Shown here: positions 18,758-27,804 of the stretch, piece by piece
How the letters are laid out: each line of letters opens with the position of its first letter
Position numbering within the stretch: the stretch's first letter is position 1
Source: an uncultured bacterium
GTDB taxonomy: Bacteria > Verrucomicrobiota > Kiritimatiellia > CAIKKV01 > CAIJXV01
DNA: 64,000 nt
Reading direction: 5' to 3'
Assembly: GCA_903824675.1 (NCBI GenBank)
Contig: CAIJXV010000009.1
Location: 956-64,955, forward strand
Program-made: the position numbers and the translations under genes
Notes under the pieces: generated by a model
What the model was told of the DNA's origin: nothing
The model's input: only the letters and a program-made list of their open reading frames with translations
Database searches by the model: none

Positions 18758-18898
18758 CCCAAATGTAGCCCGTTCTATGAGCGGAAGACATTCCCCCTTT
18801 TGGACTGCGGCAGTTCACTGCCGCTTTCTCTCCGGCGCAGTGCGCCTGGGTCAGTGAGTTTATGGCGTGTCAGATAGGACGACGCGAAAACCCAAATA
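18758..18898 (+). repeat. Hairpin repeat copy 4 + partial composite palindrome + 44-bp shared segment
   Basis: CCCAAATGTAGCCCGTTCTATGAGCGGA 3 nt after the abiEii stop; a partly deleted direct repeat of 4264-4443. Confidence 0.85.
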
Positions 18899-19019
18899 CG
18901 GGATGGCCTATAACATGGAAAATGTCGTCCTCTCCGTGATGTTTGCTTACGGAGGTGATGAAAAACTCAAAGTGTGGCGTGTATATGAGAAATGGGCGAC
19001 AAAATATCCGGAACCCTGA
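18897..19019 (+). pseudogene. 3' remnant of a paralogue of the Sel1 gene (2054-3199)
   Basis: YGMAYNMENVVLSVMFAYGGDEKLKVWRVYEKWATKYPEP* vs YGMAYRIENVFFAVMFSYEEEKKLKIWRVHEKWAAKYPTP* (3077-3199), colinear over 123 nt. Confidence 0.88.
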
Positions 19020-19059
19020 CCGCCTGGGCACGTCTGCGGACGGCATGCAGACGTCAGCT

Positions 19060-19137
19060 AAGAAGCGTTCATAGAACGCTGCTACACCCAGAATGTAGCC
19101 CAGCTTCCCCCAAATGTAACCCCGCTCTATGAGCGGA
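19060..19137. repeat. Reverse hairpin repeat + spacer + copy 5
   Basis: AGCGTTC-ATA-GAACGCT-GCTAC, ACCCAGAATGTAGCC, then CCCAAATGTAACCCCGCTCTATGAGCGGA (19109-19137). Confidence 0.85.
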
Positions 19138-19194
19138 AAAGTTTCCTGATAGTAGCGGTTTAAGCTGAAGGCTGACTACGGACTTGATCGCGCA

Positions 19195-19848
19195 TTACGT
19201 AGCAAGAAGGTCTTGCTGAATGGCGTCAAAAGTGGCCTGTGCCCAGACCGCGTGCCCTTGATCGTTGGGATGGCAGTCCAGATTGCCGGCATGAAATTTA
19301 TCCCAATCCCGGCCCGATGCGGTGGCCTTCAGTATGGCACTGCGAACATCGGCCAGAACACATTGGGAATCACGGGCCACCTGTTTTACGGTTGCCAGGG
19401 TTTATTCCGGATGTCGCCAGGTGGGGAACAGGGGGTTTTCGCCCCCCATGGCTATGACCACGAAATCGGCGCCAAAGCGACCCCGGGTGACGCCGATCAG
19501 TTCGCGCTGCGCCTGGTAGGTGGCTTCCGGCGGGAGAAAATGGTAACCGCAGTCATTGGCGCCAAACGAGAGGAGTACCAGGTCCGGCTGATGCTCGGCG
19601 AGTCCATCCAAACGACCCAGCCCCTCGAAGGAGTTCTGTCCGCCGATGGCGAAGTGCGTCACCGTGAACGGGGAGGTGGGATAGTGTTTCTGGAGCAGAC
19701 GCCCCAATTGCTGGCCCCAATTCTGGGCCGCACAACTGGCGCCCCCGAAGTAGGTCGGGCTCCGCCCCACCTCGCAAATGGAATCGCCATACAGCGTTGT
19801 TCGGATGGGTTTATGTTCCTGAATCAGTTTTCTGATTTTATCAAGCAT
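19195..19848 (-). pseudogene. SGNH/GDSL hydrolase with an in-frame nonsense codon
   Basis: GDS, GAND and DCHP blocks. TAA at 19402-19404 (..CCG GAA TAA ACC CTG..) splits one continuous frame. Confidence 0.8.
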
Positions 19849-19955
19849 GGGATCTCTGTGGGTACTGGTCTGGGACTATCAAAAGGCGAAGAGAAAATCT
19901 TTTAACACAACGGAAGTGAGGAGGGAATCCTAAAGTAAGACCCGCGAACCGTTAT

Positions 19956-20392
19956 TCACGCAAAGCCGCAGAGCCCGCTAAGATTTCAGAGAGCCGCGCG
20001 ACGTGTCCCGCCTGGAAGCGGGATGCCTCGCGCGGCTACTGCTCTTGAAAGATTCTCCGAAACGGGAACCGGACGCGCGGTGCACGATCACGTTCCGTGA
20101 GCGCTCACCGCACGGCCTTGCTCCCCTTGGCGACCTTTGCGTCTTCGCGTGAGACCTCCCCTTCGCCGGGGTGGGAGGAAACTTTCGTAACGCATGGCGA
20201 AGTGGTAAGGCATTCCTGCCCGACTCTGAAGAGAGCGCGGAAGTGTCAGGCACGAATGTCTGACATACGGATCTTTTTGAGTTTATTGTGAAGGGTGATT
20301 TTACAGCCAAGGATTGATAGTTCTATTGTGGGGGAGGACCCTGGCCGCCCGTCTCCCTCCGCTTTCCCCCGCGACCACCGGTCGCAGCTACA
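19956..20392. repeat. Mosaic of several palindromic REP-like families
   Basis: TCACGCAAAGCCGCAGAG../..CTTTGCGTCTTCGCGTGAGA pair; GTAAGGCATTCCTGCCCGAC../..GTCAGGCACGAATGTCTGACATAC pair; GCGACCACCGGTCGCAGCTAC. Confidence 0.65.
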
Positions 20393-20518
20393 GCAATCCA
20401 AATTCCACCCATGAGAATGGGCAGATTAATCCGCGACAAGTCGAGCCCAATAAATATCTTGTTCCTGAAAGTCGCACTCTATAGCCTATCACTCATTGTG
20501 ATTACAAAGGAGCAAGTC

Positions 20519-22087
20519 ATGCGTGTGATCTATCTGGCCATTGATGATGTATCTCTGCCCTTGCGGAAGAATGTGTGTCTGTCCATCAGCAAACCCACGG
20601 TGCGGCGGGAACCCGTATTGGGGCCCAGTCCGTTGGATAGCAACGCCCCAGACAATCTGGCCGCGCATTTCTATGGTACGGTCCTTCACGATGCGGGCAA
20701 GTTCCGGATGTGGTACTACGCCTGCCATCGTGGCCGAAATCTCGATTGGTCACCCCGGCATATGCAGCAAATTGCCAAAATGCCAAGCTGGATGATCGGC
20801 GTTAAGGAGGGTAATGAAGTCTGCCAGGGGCCGTTGTGTTATGCCGAGAGCGTTGATGGCATCGTCTGGACCAAGCCGGTGTTAAGGCAGGTCTTGTTCA
20901 AGGGCAGTCGGGACAATAATGCCCTGGCATTGCCCCATACCGTGGTCAGCGGTGCATCCGTGATCCGGGATGACGCCGATCCCAATCCGGCCCGCCGTTA
21001 CAAAATGGTCTATCAGTTCTTTCCCGACCAGACCGAGCCGCTGATTCCAGAAAACGGAACCCTCCCCAGCATGGCCTGTGCAGTGTCACCGGACGGTCTG
21101 AAATGGACGATGACGGGAATGCCGTTCGTCAACCAGTTCGTTGAGCATTGTTCATTTATCCGACACAATGGCCAATACATCGTGCATTCACAGGCTTTCC
21201 CGGGCAATGGCTGGGGTGGGGGTGCCTACACAGAGGGCACCGCCGCCGGGGGGCGTACCGGCGTGGCCCATGCCACCTACGACTTTGATCGCTGGCCGGA
21301 TCTCTGGCAGTGGGCCTTTGCGTTACCCGAGCCGCTCGATCCCGCCGACCGGGGTGCGGATAAGCTATACGATCAGGATCATCTGGGAGTGGGCGCTGTG
21401 AGCCTGGGTAATGTTTGTGTGGGTATTTACGGCGTGTGGCACAATCAACCCTTTGGCGAAAATTTTGGCAAAGTGACCTGCGATTTAGGGCTGGTGATCT
21501 CGAACGACGGAATCCGCTTCCGTGAACCGGCGGCGAGTCCTGGACAGGCCTTTATTCATCGCGAGATATCGCCAGCCACCGCCGTGCCGGGGCATGAGTT
21601 CAGTACCATTCTCTGCCAGGGCAATGGGATTCTCAATGTCGGGGACGAGACCCGCATCTACCATGGGCGTTGGCGTAATGTGGGCCAGAAGGCGGAGGAC
21701 ATTGCCGCCTACTATTCGGCCGAAGTCGCCCTGGCCACCCTGCCGCGCGATCGGTGGGGCGCCCTGTCGATTATCCCCGAAGTTCAGGAGGGGACCATTT
21801 GCTCCGCGCCCCTTGCGCTTCCCGCTGACCCAGGCGGGTTGACCCTTAACGCCGACGGTGTTACCGGGCTAACGGTGGAACTCCTGGATGAACAGTTCCA
21901 GCCCGTTCCCGGTTTCGCAGAAGGGCGGATCATGGGCGCCGATGGGTTTGACTGTCCGGTGCAATGGAAGGGACATGCCCTGTCCGAACTGGGCGGGCGA
22001 ACGGTGCGCGTGCAAGTCAAAATGCGCCGCCTCGGCGAAACCAGTCCCCGTCTGTATGCGATGAACTGGACCTTTCCCCGCTCTTGA
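20519..22087 (+). CDS. Beta-propeller glycoside-hydrolase-like protein
   Basis: FYGTVLHDAGKFRMWY, YAESVDGIVWTKP, SPDGLKWT, SNDGIRF Asp-box motifs; AAGGAG RBS before ATG 20519. Confidence 0.65.
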   Translation: MRVIYLAIDDVSLPLRKNVCLSISKPTVRREPVLGPSPLDSNAPDNLAAHFYGTVLHDAGKFRMWYYACHRGRNLDWSPRHMQQIAKMPSWMIGVKEGNEVCQGPLCYAESVDGIVWTKPVLRQVLFKGSRDNNALALPHTVVSGASVIRDDADPNPARRYKMVYQFFPDQTEPLIPENGTLPSMACAVSPDGLKWTMTGMPFVNQFVEHCSFIRHNGQYIVHSQAFPGNGWGGGAYTEGTAAGGRTGVAHATYDFDRWPDLWQWAFALPEPLDPADRGADKLYDQDHLGVGAVSLGNVCVGIYGVWHNQPFGENFGKVTCDLGLVISNDGIRFREPAASPGQAFIHREISPATAVPGHEFSTILCQGNGILNVGDETRIYHGRWRNVGQKAEDIAAYYSAEVALATLPRDRWGALSIIPEVQEGTICSAPLALPADPGGLTLNADGVTGLTVELLDEQFQPVPGFAEGRIMGADGFDCPVQWKGHALSELGGRTVRVQVKMRRLGETSPRLYAMNWTFPRS

Positions 22088-22119
22088 CACACTTCCGGGC
22101 AATGCGCATCCTTTCCCGC

Positions 22120-23985
22120 ATGAATATTACACACGGATTATTCGCCGGTCAGGTTTTGCAACGAAATCTGAAGAACAAGGGTGGTGCGACGGTTACAGGC
22201 GACAGCCTGGCGACCGGTGTTGTCGAGGCCCGGGTGTGCAAAACGGGCCAGCCGCTCAAGGGCTGGAATTGGAAGAAAGTGGGAGCCGCCGTCCGGAATC
22301 AATTTAAAGCGCGACTCGAAGCCATTCCCGCGGGCGGGCCCTATAGCGTGGAGTTTCGGATTTGTCGGAACGATAAGATCGCGGATCGTTTGACGGTTTG
22401 CGATCTTTATGTCGGAGATGTCTGGTTCATGGCCGGTCAGAGCAATATGCAAGGCCTTGGCAATATGAACCAGGCGGCCAAACCCCATCCGTTGGTCCGC
22501 TGTTTCTATATGTGGGATGAGTGGGGGATGGCCAAAGACCCCCTCCATCAATTGAATGCAGCGGTGGATTTCGTTCATAACGGGGGCCAGGCGATCTCTC
22601 GGGAACAGGCCGAAAAGGAACGACAACATCCTTTGAAAGGGGTGGGGGTTGGTGTTTTCTTTGGGATCGAAATGGTCAAGCGCAGCGGGGTGCCGCAAGG
22701 CCTGGTTTCCTGTGCGCACGGGGGAACCTCCATGGCGCAATGGTCGCCTGCCTTGCGCGATGAGGGTGGCAAGTCATTCTATGGCGCGATGATCCGGCGT
22801 TTCAAGACGCTTGGTCAGCCGGCCCGGGGAGTGCTCTGGTACCAGGGCGAATCCGATACGGGCGAAACCTCCTCGGCCATTTACACCCAGAAGATGAAAG
22901 AGTTGGTGGCCGCATCCCGGAAAGACTTCAAGCAACCTCAGCTTCCGTGGATCATCGCTCAAATCGGTCGCCATATTGTCGATTCTCCCAACAGCCAGGG
23001 TTGGAACTCGATTCAAGATCAAGAGCGATGTCTGGTGGATCAAATCCGGAATTTAGAAACGGTTCCGGCTCTTGATCTGGAACTGGATGATGGCATTCAC
23101 GTGAGCAGCAAGGGATATGCCGTGCTCGGACAGCGGATGGCTCGGATGGCGGATCGCCTGGCATTGGGCAATCGGAAAGAGCCGGGAAGCATCCAACTCG
23201 ACCGAATCAAAGGGGTTTATTCCGCGGGCGCCCACGATCCCATGGTGCAGGGAATTGAAATCAGTTTCAAAAACGTGGTTGGATCCCTCCAGTGCCAGGG
23301 ATTGCCGGCCGGTTTTGTCCTGCTCGATGCTACGGGAAAACCGATGCAAACGTGCATCAAGACCCGGCTGGAGGGGAATAAGGCGATTTTGGAAACCATT
23401 TTGCCACCCACCCTGATCTTTGGAGTGGGATACGGATTGGGCTTTAATCCAATCTGTAATGTGGTTGATTCACGGGGTATGGCGATTCCCCAATGGGGAC
23501 CCGTGCCGGCCTGTGGCCAGAAAGGGTCGGCGTTTCTGGTGAACTGGAAGGTCAGTGGCCCCTTCGCCGAACAGGATATCGGCCACGTGACGTATCCCGC
23601 CGTTGATCAGTTGGAATGGCGGGCGCCGCAGTCGGTGCAACCCATCCTGATCATGCCGCAAAATGTCCAGCAGGCCCAGCCGGGGCTCTTATATTTGCGA
23701 ACCTTTGTGCAAGTCGCCACCGCTCGGAGCTTAAAGCTGATGATGGGGGCGGACAGTCCCTACCGGATTTGGATCAATGGCCGCGAGGGAGCGCGGAATT
23801 TGAAAGCGTCGAATCCTTCCATTCCAGATCAATATCCGCATCCTGTGGAATTCCAGGCGGGACGAAATGAAATTCTCGTTGCGTTCGATGGGCGCAAAGG
23901 AATGGGATGGGGGATATCCCTGCGGTTATTTGAAACGAACCCCCGGATCGAGTTGGCGGCGGACGCGGTGGTGGAAGAAGGCTGA
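22120..23985 (+). CDS. Sialate O-acetylesterase (SASA/DUF303) family esterase with a C-terminal accessory domain
   Basis: VGDVWFMAGQSNM, WYQGESD, DGIH motifs. Confidence 0.85.
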   Translation: MNITHGLFAGQVLQRNLKNKGGATVTGDSLATGVVEARVCKTGQPLKGWNWKKVGAAVRNQFKARLEAIPAGGPYSVEFRICRNDKIADRLTVCDLYVGDVWFMAGQSNMQGLGNMNQAAKPHPLVRCFYMWDEWGMAKDPLHQLNAAVDFVHNGGQAISREQAEKERQHPLKGVGVGVFFGIEMVKRSGVPQGLVSCAHGGTSMAQWSPALRDEGGKSFYGAMIRRFKTLGQPARGVLWYQGESDTGETSSAIYTQKMKELVAASRKDFKQPQLPWIIAQIGRHIVDSPNSQGWNSIQDQERCLVDQIRNLETVPALDLELDDGIHVSSKGYAVLGQRMARMADRLALGNRKEPGSIQLDRIKGVYSAGAHDPMVQGIEISFKNVVGSLQCQGLPAGFVLLDATGKPMQTCIKTRLEGNKAILETILPPTLIFGVGYGLGFNPICNVVDSRGMAIPQWGPVPACGQKGSAFLVNWKVSGPFAEQDIGHVTYPAVDQLEWRAPQSVQPILIMPQNVQQAQPGLLYLRTFVQVATARSLKLMMGADSPYRIWINGREGARNLKASNPSIPDQYPHPVEFQAGRNEILVAFDGRKGMGWGISLRLFETNPRIELAADAVVEEG

Positions 23986-24040
23986 TCGCTAACGGATGGA
24001 TGTGTCGGCAGGTGGTCAACCTCAGATATCACATGAACCT

Positions 24041-26146
24041 ATGAAGAATTATTGGCGATGGTTACAGAAGACCTTACAGCTGACGATTGTGGTGGGGGGC
24101 CTCGGTTGGGTTGACCCGGCGAAAGCAACGGACCTCGTTATCGATGAAACCGGTGCGATTTGCCAGATGAAATCGAACGGCGAGCGCATTGCCGTTCGCG
24201 GAGGGCTTCGTATTCCCGAGGTCGGTTGGGGAACGCTGGCTTGCCCGGAGCCCGAAAGGGTCACCTGTCGGCGGAATGAGCAGGATCCCACCGTCGGCCA
24301 ATGGAGCGGGACGGTGGCGGTCGGCTCCAATGGCCTTTATGGATTCACCCAAACGGTGACCCGGGTGGGGGATCGGATGATGGTCGACCTGGGCGTGTCA
24401 CCCCAACGGGCGACTCCCATCCAGGGCTTTTATTATTGGATGGACTTACCGATTGAACTCTTTCGCGGAGGCTGGGCTGAGGTGCAACTGGCCACCGGGG
24501 GAATGACCCGCGTGGATTTTCCCCAGACCCTTCCCGAAAAGCATCATTTGGGTTTTGTGACCACTTCGAATCTCGTTTTCCGGAACTCCCGAGGGACCGT
24601 GGTGGTGACGGTTGAAATGGATCGCGCCTTAGCCCTGACTTTACAGGATGAGCGGAAATGGAACGGAACCGACTATAACCTTCTGATCCCTTTTGGAGGG
24701 AGGGACAGTCATGAGGCGGGGCATCTCCGATTCACTCTGCAAGGTGCGATCGAACCGGATCTTCGTCCGGTGCGGGTGGAGATTCTAGGGATTGAGTCAA
24801 ACCGGCCATTTTGGGGAATGGGCGGTAATTTCTGTTTTGGGCCGCGCCATCCGGCAACCACCTATAATCTGGATCACCTGAATGTGAAATGGGCCCGGAT
24901 CGAGTGTAATTTACGGAGTTGGGAACCTCAAAATGATAATGATGATCCGGCCCATCCGAATGAGGCCTTTTTCCTATCCAATGCACAGGCTCAGGCCAAG
25001 ATACGGGATGATCTGGCCATGGCTCGCGATTTAGTTCGGCGACAGATTCCGATGGTGATTTCCACCTGGCAGATTCCGGATTGGTTGTGTGCTGAAAAAG
25101 GGGCCCCCTGGGACCATCGGCGAATAATTCCTCGTGAACGATGGCCCGAGTTGGCGGAGTCTGTAGCGACCTATTTACGATACCTGAAGGAGAACGCGGG
25201 GGCCGAACCATTGGCCTTCAGTTTCAATGAAGCCGATATGGGGGTGATGGTGTTGCTGACGCCGGAGGAGAATCGGGATCTGATTAAATTGCTGGGACAG
25301 ACGTTTGCGCGGATGGGCTTGAAAACCGGCTTGATGTTGGGCGATACCGGGAATGCCCGGGGATTGGCCTTCACGACACCGGCCGCGAATGATTTCGAAG
25401 CCTTGAAATATGTGCGCTGTGTGGCGTTTCATTCCTGGAGTGGGGGGAGCCCGGAGGAATTCGCCGGCTGGAAAACGCTGGCGGATCGTCTCGGGGTTCC
25501 TTTGCTGGTGACCGAATTGGGAATGGATGCCGACTGGAGGCGCAAACCCTACCAGGTCCCCGGCTATGCCTTGCGGGAGGTGGGCTTGATCCAGGAGTTG
25601 ATCCTTCAGGCCCGACCACAGAGTCTATTGCAGTGGGAACTGACCGATGACTATGGTCTGGTTCCCCAAGAAAAGGGGACGCTGACGCCGTCTGATCGCT
25701 TTTATTTTCTAAATTCGTTTTATCGTTTCGTCCCCACTAACGCAATTTATCTCATGACGACCAGCGATCATTCAAAAATGCTGATGACCGGGTTTATCCG
25801 ATCGGATTCGCCTGCCCGGAAGCCGGAATTGGTTTTGCATCTTTTTAATGAGGGCCCTGCCCGCCAGGTGACCCTGTTCGACCGGGCTCAAGTTCTCCGA
25901 GGACGAACGGTGGACCGCTGGGAGACCCAGGGGCAGGGGGTCTGTCGTCGCCTCGATCCGGTCAAGATTCGCAAACACGAAATTCATCTGGAGCTGCCGG
26001 AGGATTCGTTGACGAGTTTGACCCAACACGCTTTTGTCGCGGAAAAACGCGCAGAATACGGAAAGACCGATCCCCAGACTTCGCCGGTAAAAAGAGGCCA
26101 CAGAGCGGCAAAAGAACGGCGCTCACGCGCGCCTACTACCAACTGA
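24041..26146 (+). CDS. Secreted clan GH-A glycoside hydrolase-like protein (GH30/GH39-like)
   Basis: Signal peptide; FWGMGGNF, acid/base FNEAD, AFHSW, nucleophile VTELG. Confidence 0.6.
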   Translation: MKNYWRWLQKTLQLTIVVGGLGWVDPAKATDLVIDETGAICQMKSNGERIAVRGGLRIPEVGWGTLACPEPERVTCRRNEQDPTVGQWSGTVAVGSNGLYGFTQTVTRVGDRMMVDLGVSPQRATPIQGFYYWMDLPIELFRGGWAEVQLATGGMTRVDFPQTLPEKHHLGFVTTSNLVFRNSRGTVVVTVEMDRALALTLQDERKWNGTDYNLLIPFGGRDSHEAGHLRFTLQGAIEPDLRPVRVEILGIESNRPFWGMGGNFCFGPRHPATTYNLDHLNVKWARIECNLRSWEPQNDNDDPAHPNEAFFLSNAQAQAKIRDDLAMARDLVRRQIPMVISTWQIPDWLCAEKGAPWDHRRIIPRERWPELAESVATYLRYLKENAGAEPLAFSFNEADMGVMVLLTPEENRDLIKLLGQTFARMGLKTGLMLGDTGNARGLAFTTPAANDFEALKYVRCVAFHSWSGGSPEEFAGWKTLADRLGVPLLVTELGMDADWRRKPYQVPGYALREVGLIQELILQARPQSLLQWELTDDYGLVPQEKGTLTPSDRFYFLNSFYRFVPTNAIYLMTTSDHSKMLMTGFIRSDSPARKPELVLHLFNEGPARQVTLFDRAQVLRGRTVDRWETQGQGVCRRLDPVKIRKHEIHLELPEDSLTSLTQHAFVAEKRAEYGKTDPQTSPVKRGHRAAKERRSRAPTTN

Positions 26147-26190
26147 GTCTTGCTCCCGTTCGTAGTAGCGCCGTGTGAGGCGCGTCTTTT
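26111..26190. repeat. GTAG-type REP pair
   Basis: GAACGGCGCTCACGCGCGCCTACTAC ... GTAGTAGCGCCGTGTGAGGCGCGTCTTTT; a related unit GAACGGCGCTCTTGCGCGCCTACGACC lies at about 27710-27736. Confidence 0.65.
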
Positions 26191-26324
26191 TCCAAAGCGG
26201 ACATTTCAGTTCTTGTTCCCGGATGTTTCGGTTTTGTGACATCGGCATATATCTTGTTTTCCCGGTCGGCTTTTGAAAGGATACGCCCTTTCTGCCGGGT
26301 CGGAAGGCTCACGAGGCACGCACA

Positions 26325-27623
26325 ATGGCCGGTTCATTACAACCAGCAACGGAATTGACGACCGATGAGGTGCGTCTTTCACTGACTTCTTATAATTGGA
26401 ACTTCGGGCTCCGCGCCGTGTTCGACGGGATTTGTGGCTCGGGCTCGTTTGTTTTTGTGGGATTCGCGCTGGCGTTGGGCGTGCCCAAGGAGCGCGTCGG
26501 TTTTTTTGCAACCGCGATCAGCTTCGCCTGCCTGCTCCAGATGCTCGGTGTATTCCTGGCCAATTATGTGACTGATCGCAAGGGTTACGTGATCAAGCTG
26601 GCGTTGATCGAACCCCTGGTGCTGGCGCTGGCGGTGCTCCTGGTGCCGCATCTGGGTATGACCGGCCGCCTGACCTTGCTGCTGGTGGCGGCATTCATGT
26701 GTGCCGCCTTCAATAACCTGACTGCCCCCGTGATGGCGGATTGGCTTTCCCAGACTTTACCGGCGGGAATTCGGGGGAAATATCTGGGTTTACGGTTCCA
26801 GATCCGATCGGCAACGTCGGTGGGGGTCATGATCCTGGCCGGGTATATCGTTGAAGGAATGGGACGTGAAAATGTAGTGGGCCTTTCGGTTTTACTGGCC
26901 GGGGGCGCCGTGGTGGGGGTATTGGCGGTGTTGATGCTGAAACGGGTCAGCCTGCCGCCGACAGAAGTCGTGACGTCCCTGCCCTGGTCGAGCCTGCGCC
27001 AGGTCCTGGAACATATTCCCTTTCGGTATTACCTCGTGGGACTCATCACGATCAATCTCCCCTTTTATTTCGCGTGTCCTTACTACCAGGTATTTAACTT
27101 GAAAGTCCTGCAGATGCGTGAGACCCACATCGCCTTCATGATTGGGGGGTATACCGTGGTGCAACTGATCAGCTACCCCTTACTCGGCCGGGTGATGGAT
27201 CGGGGTTGGATCCGGCGGTCGCTTGTATTTTCGGTATTGGGATATGTGTTCTTTTTCGCCATGTTCCCCTTTGCCCAACCGGGTCGAACCTGGCCGATGT
27301 TTGTGGGGTGGACCGTGGCCGGGTTATCGGATGCCATGGTCAATGTCGCCTGTGGCATCCTCTTGTACCGGAGTCTGCCGGAAGGACCGATGCGCACGAT
27401 GTGCTTTGCCGTTAACAGCCTGGTGGGGATTGGGTTGATGGGGGCTGGAGCCCTGCTGGCGGTACCGATTCTCGAAGCCATGAAGGGATTTGACTTAACC
27501 TTGGGAGGATTGACCCTGACCCATTTCCACATTTTCTACGGGGCGCTCAGTCTCTTGATGCTGGGATGTGTGTCCGGATTGCGCTTTTTATTTCGCTGTG
27601 AGGCCCTGACGGCTGAAGCATAA
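26325..27623 (+). CDS. MFS transporter
   Basis: About 12 hydrophobic helices; PAGIRGKYLG and GRVMDR loop motifs. Confidence 0.85.
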   Translation: MAGSLQPATELTTDEVRLSLTSYNWNFGLRAVFDGICGSGSFVFVGFALALGVPKERVGFFATAISFACLLQMLGVFLANYVTDRKGYVIKLALIEPLVLALAVLLVPHLGMTGRLTLLLVAAFMCAAFNNLTAPVMADWLSQTLPAGIRGKYLGLRFQIRSATSVGVMILAGYIVEGMGRENVVGLSVLLAGGAVVGVLAVLMLKRVSLPPTEVVTSLPWSSLRQVLEHIPFRYYLVGLITINLPFYFACPYYQVFNLKVLQMRETHIAFMIGGYTVVQLISYPLLGRVMDRGWIRRSLVFSVLGYVFFFAMFPFAQPGRTWPMFVGWTVAGLSDAMVNVACGILLYRSLPEGPMRTMCFAVNSLVGIGLMGAGALLAVPILEAMKGFDLTLGGLTLTHFHIFYGALSLLMLGCVSGLRFLFRCEALTAEA

Positions 27624-27804
27624 GACAGGGGCGTTCCTGAAGAAAAGGACCGACCTGCGCGGGGTTGGTCTCCTCATGTGCGGCAGGCGCTTCCGCTCCT
27701 CCCCCTGCCGAACGGCGCTCTTGCGCGCCTACGACCAAGGCTTTCTCTGGATACCCTCCGAAAATAAACGTGTATGTTAAAGGTAATTACGATAAAACCC
27801 GCCT

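Noticed and set aside
1801..19137. CRISPR array
   Set aside because: The repeats are degenerate and 0.35-14.5 kb apart, not separated by uniform spacers; no cas genes.
1801..19137. Classical integron attC array
   Set aside because: No RYYYAAC...GTTRRRY core sites in the repeats and no tyrosine integrase in the window.
19402..19404. Programmed stop read-through (Sec/Pyl)
   Set aside because: The codon is TAA, not TGA or TAG, and TAA terminates other genes here normally.
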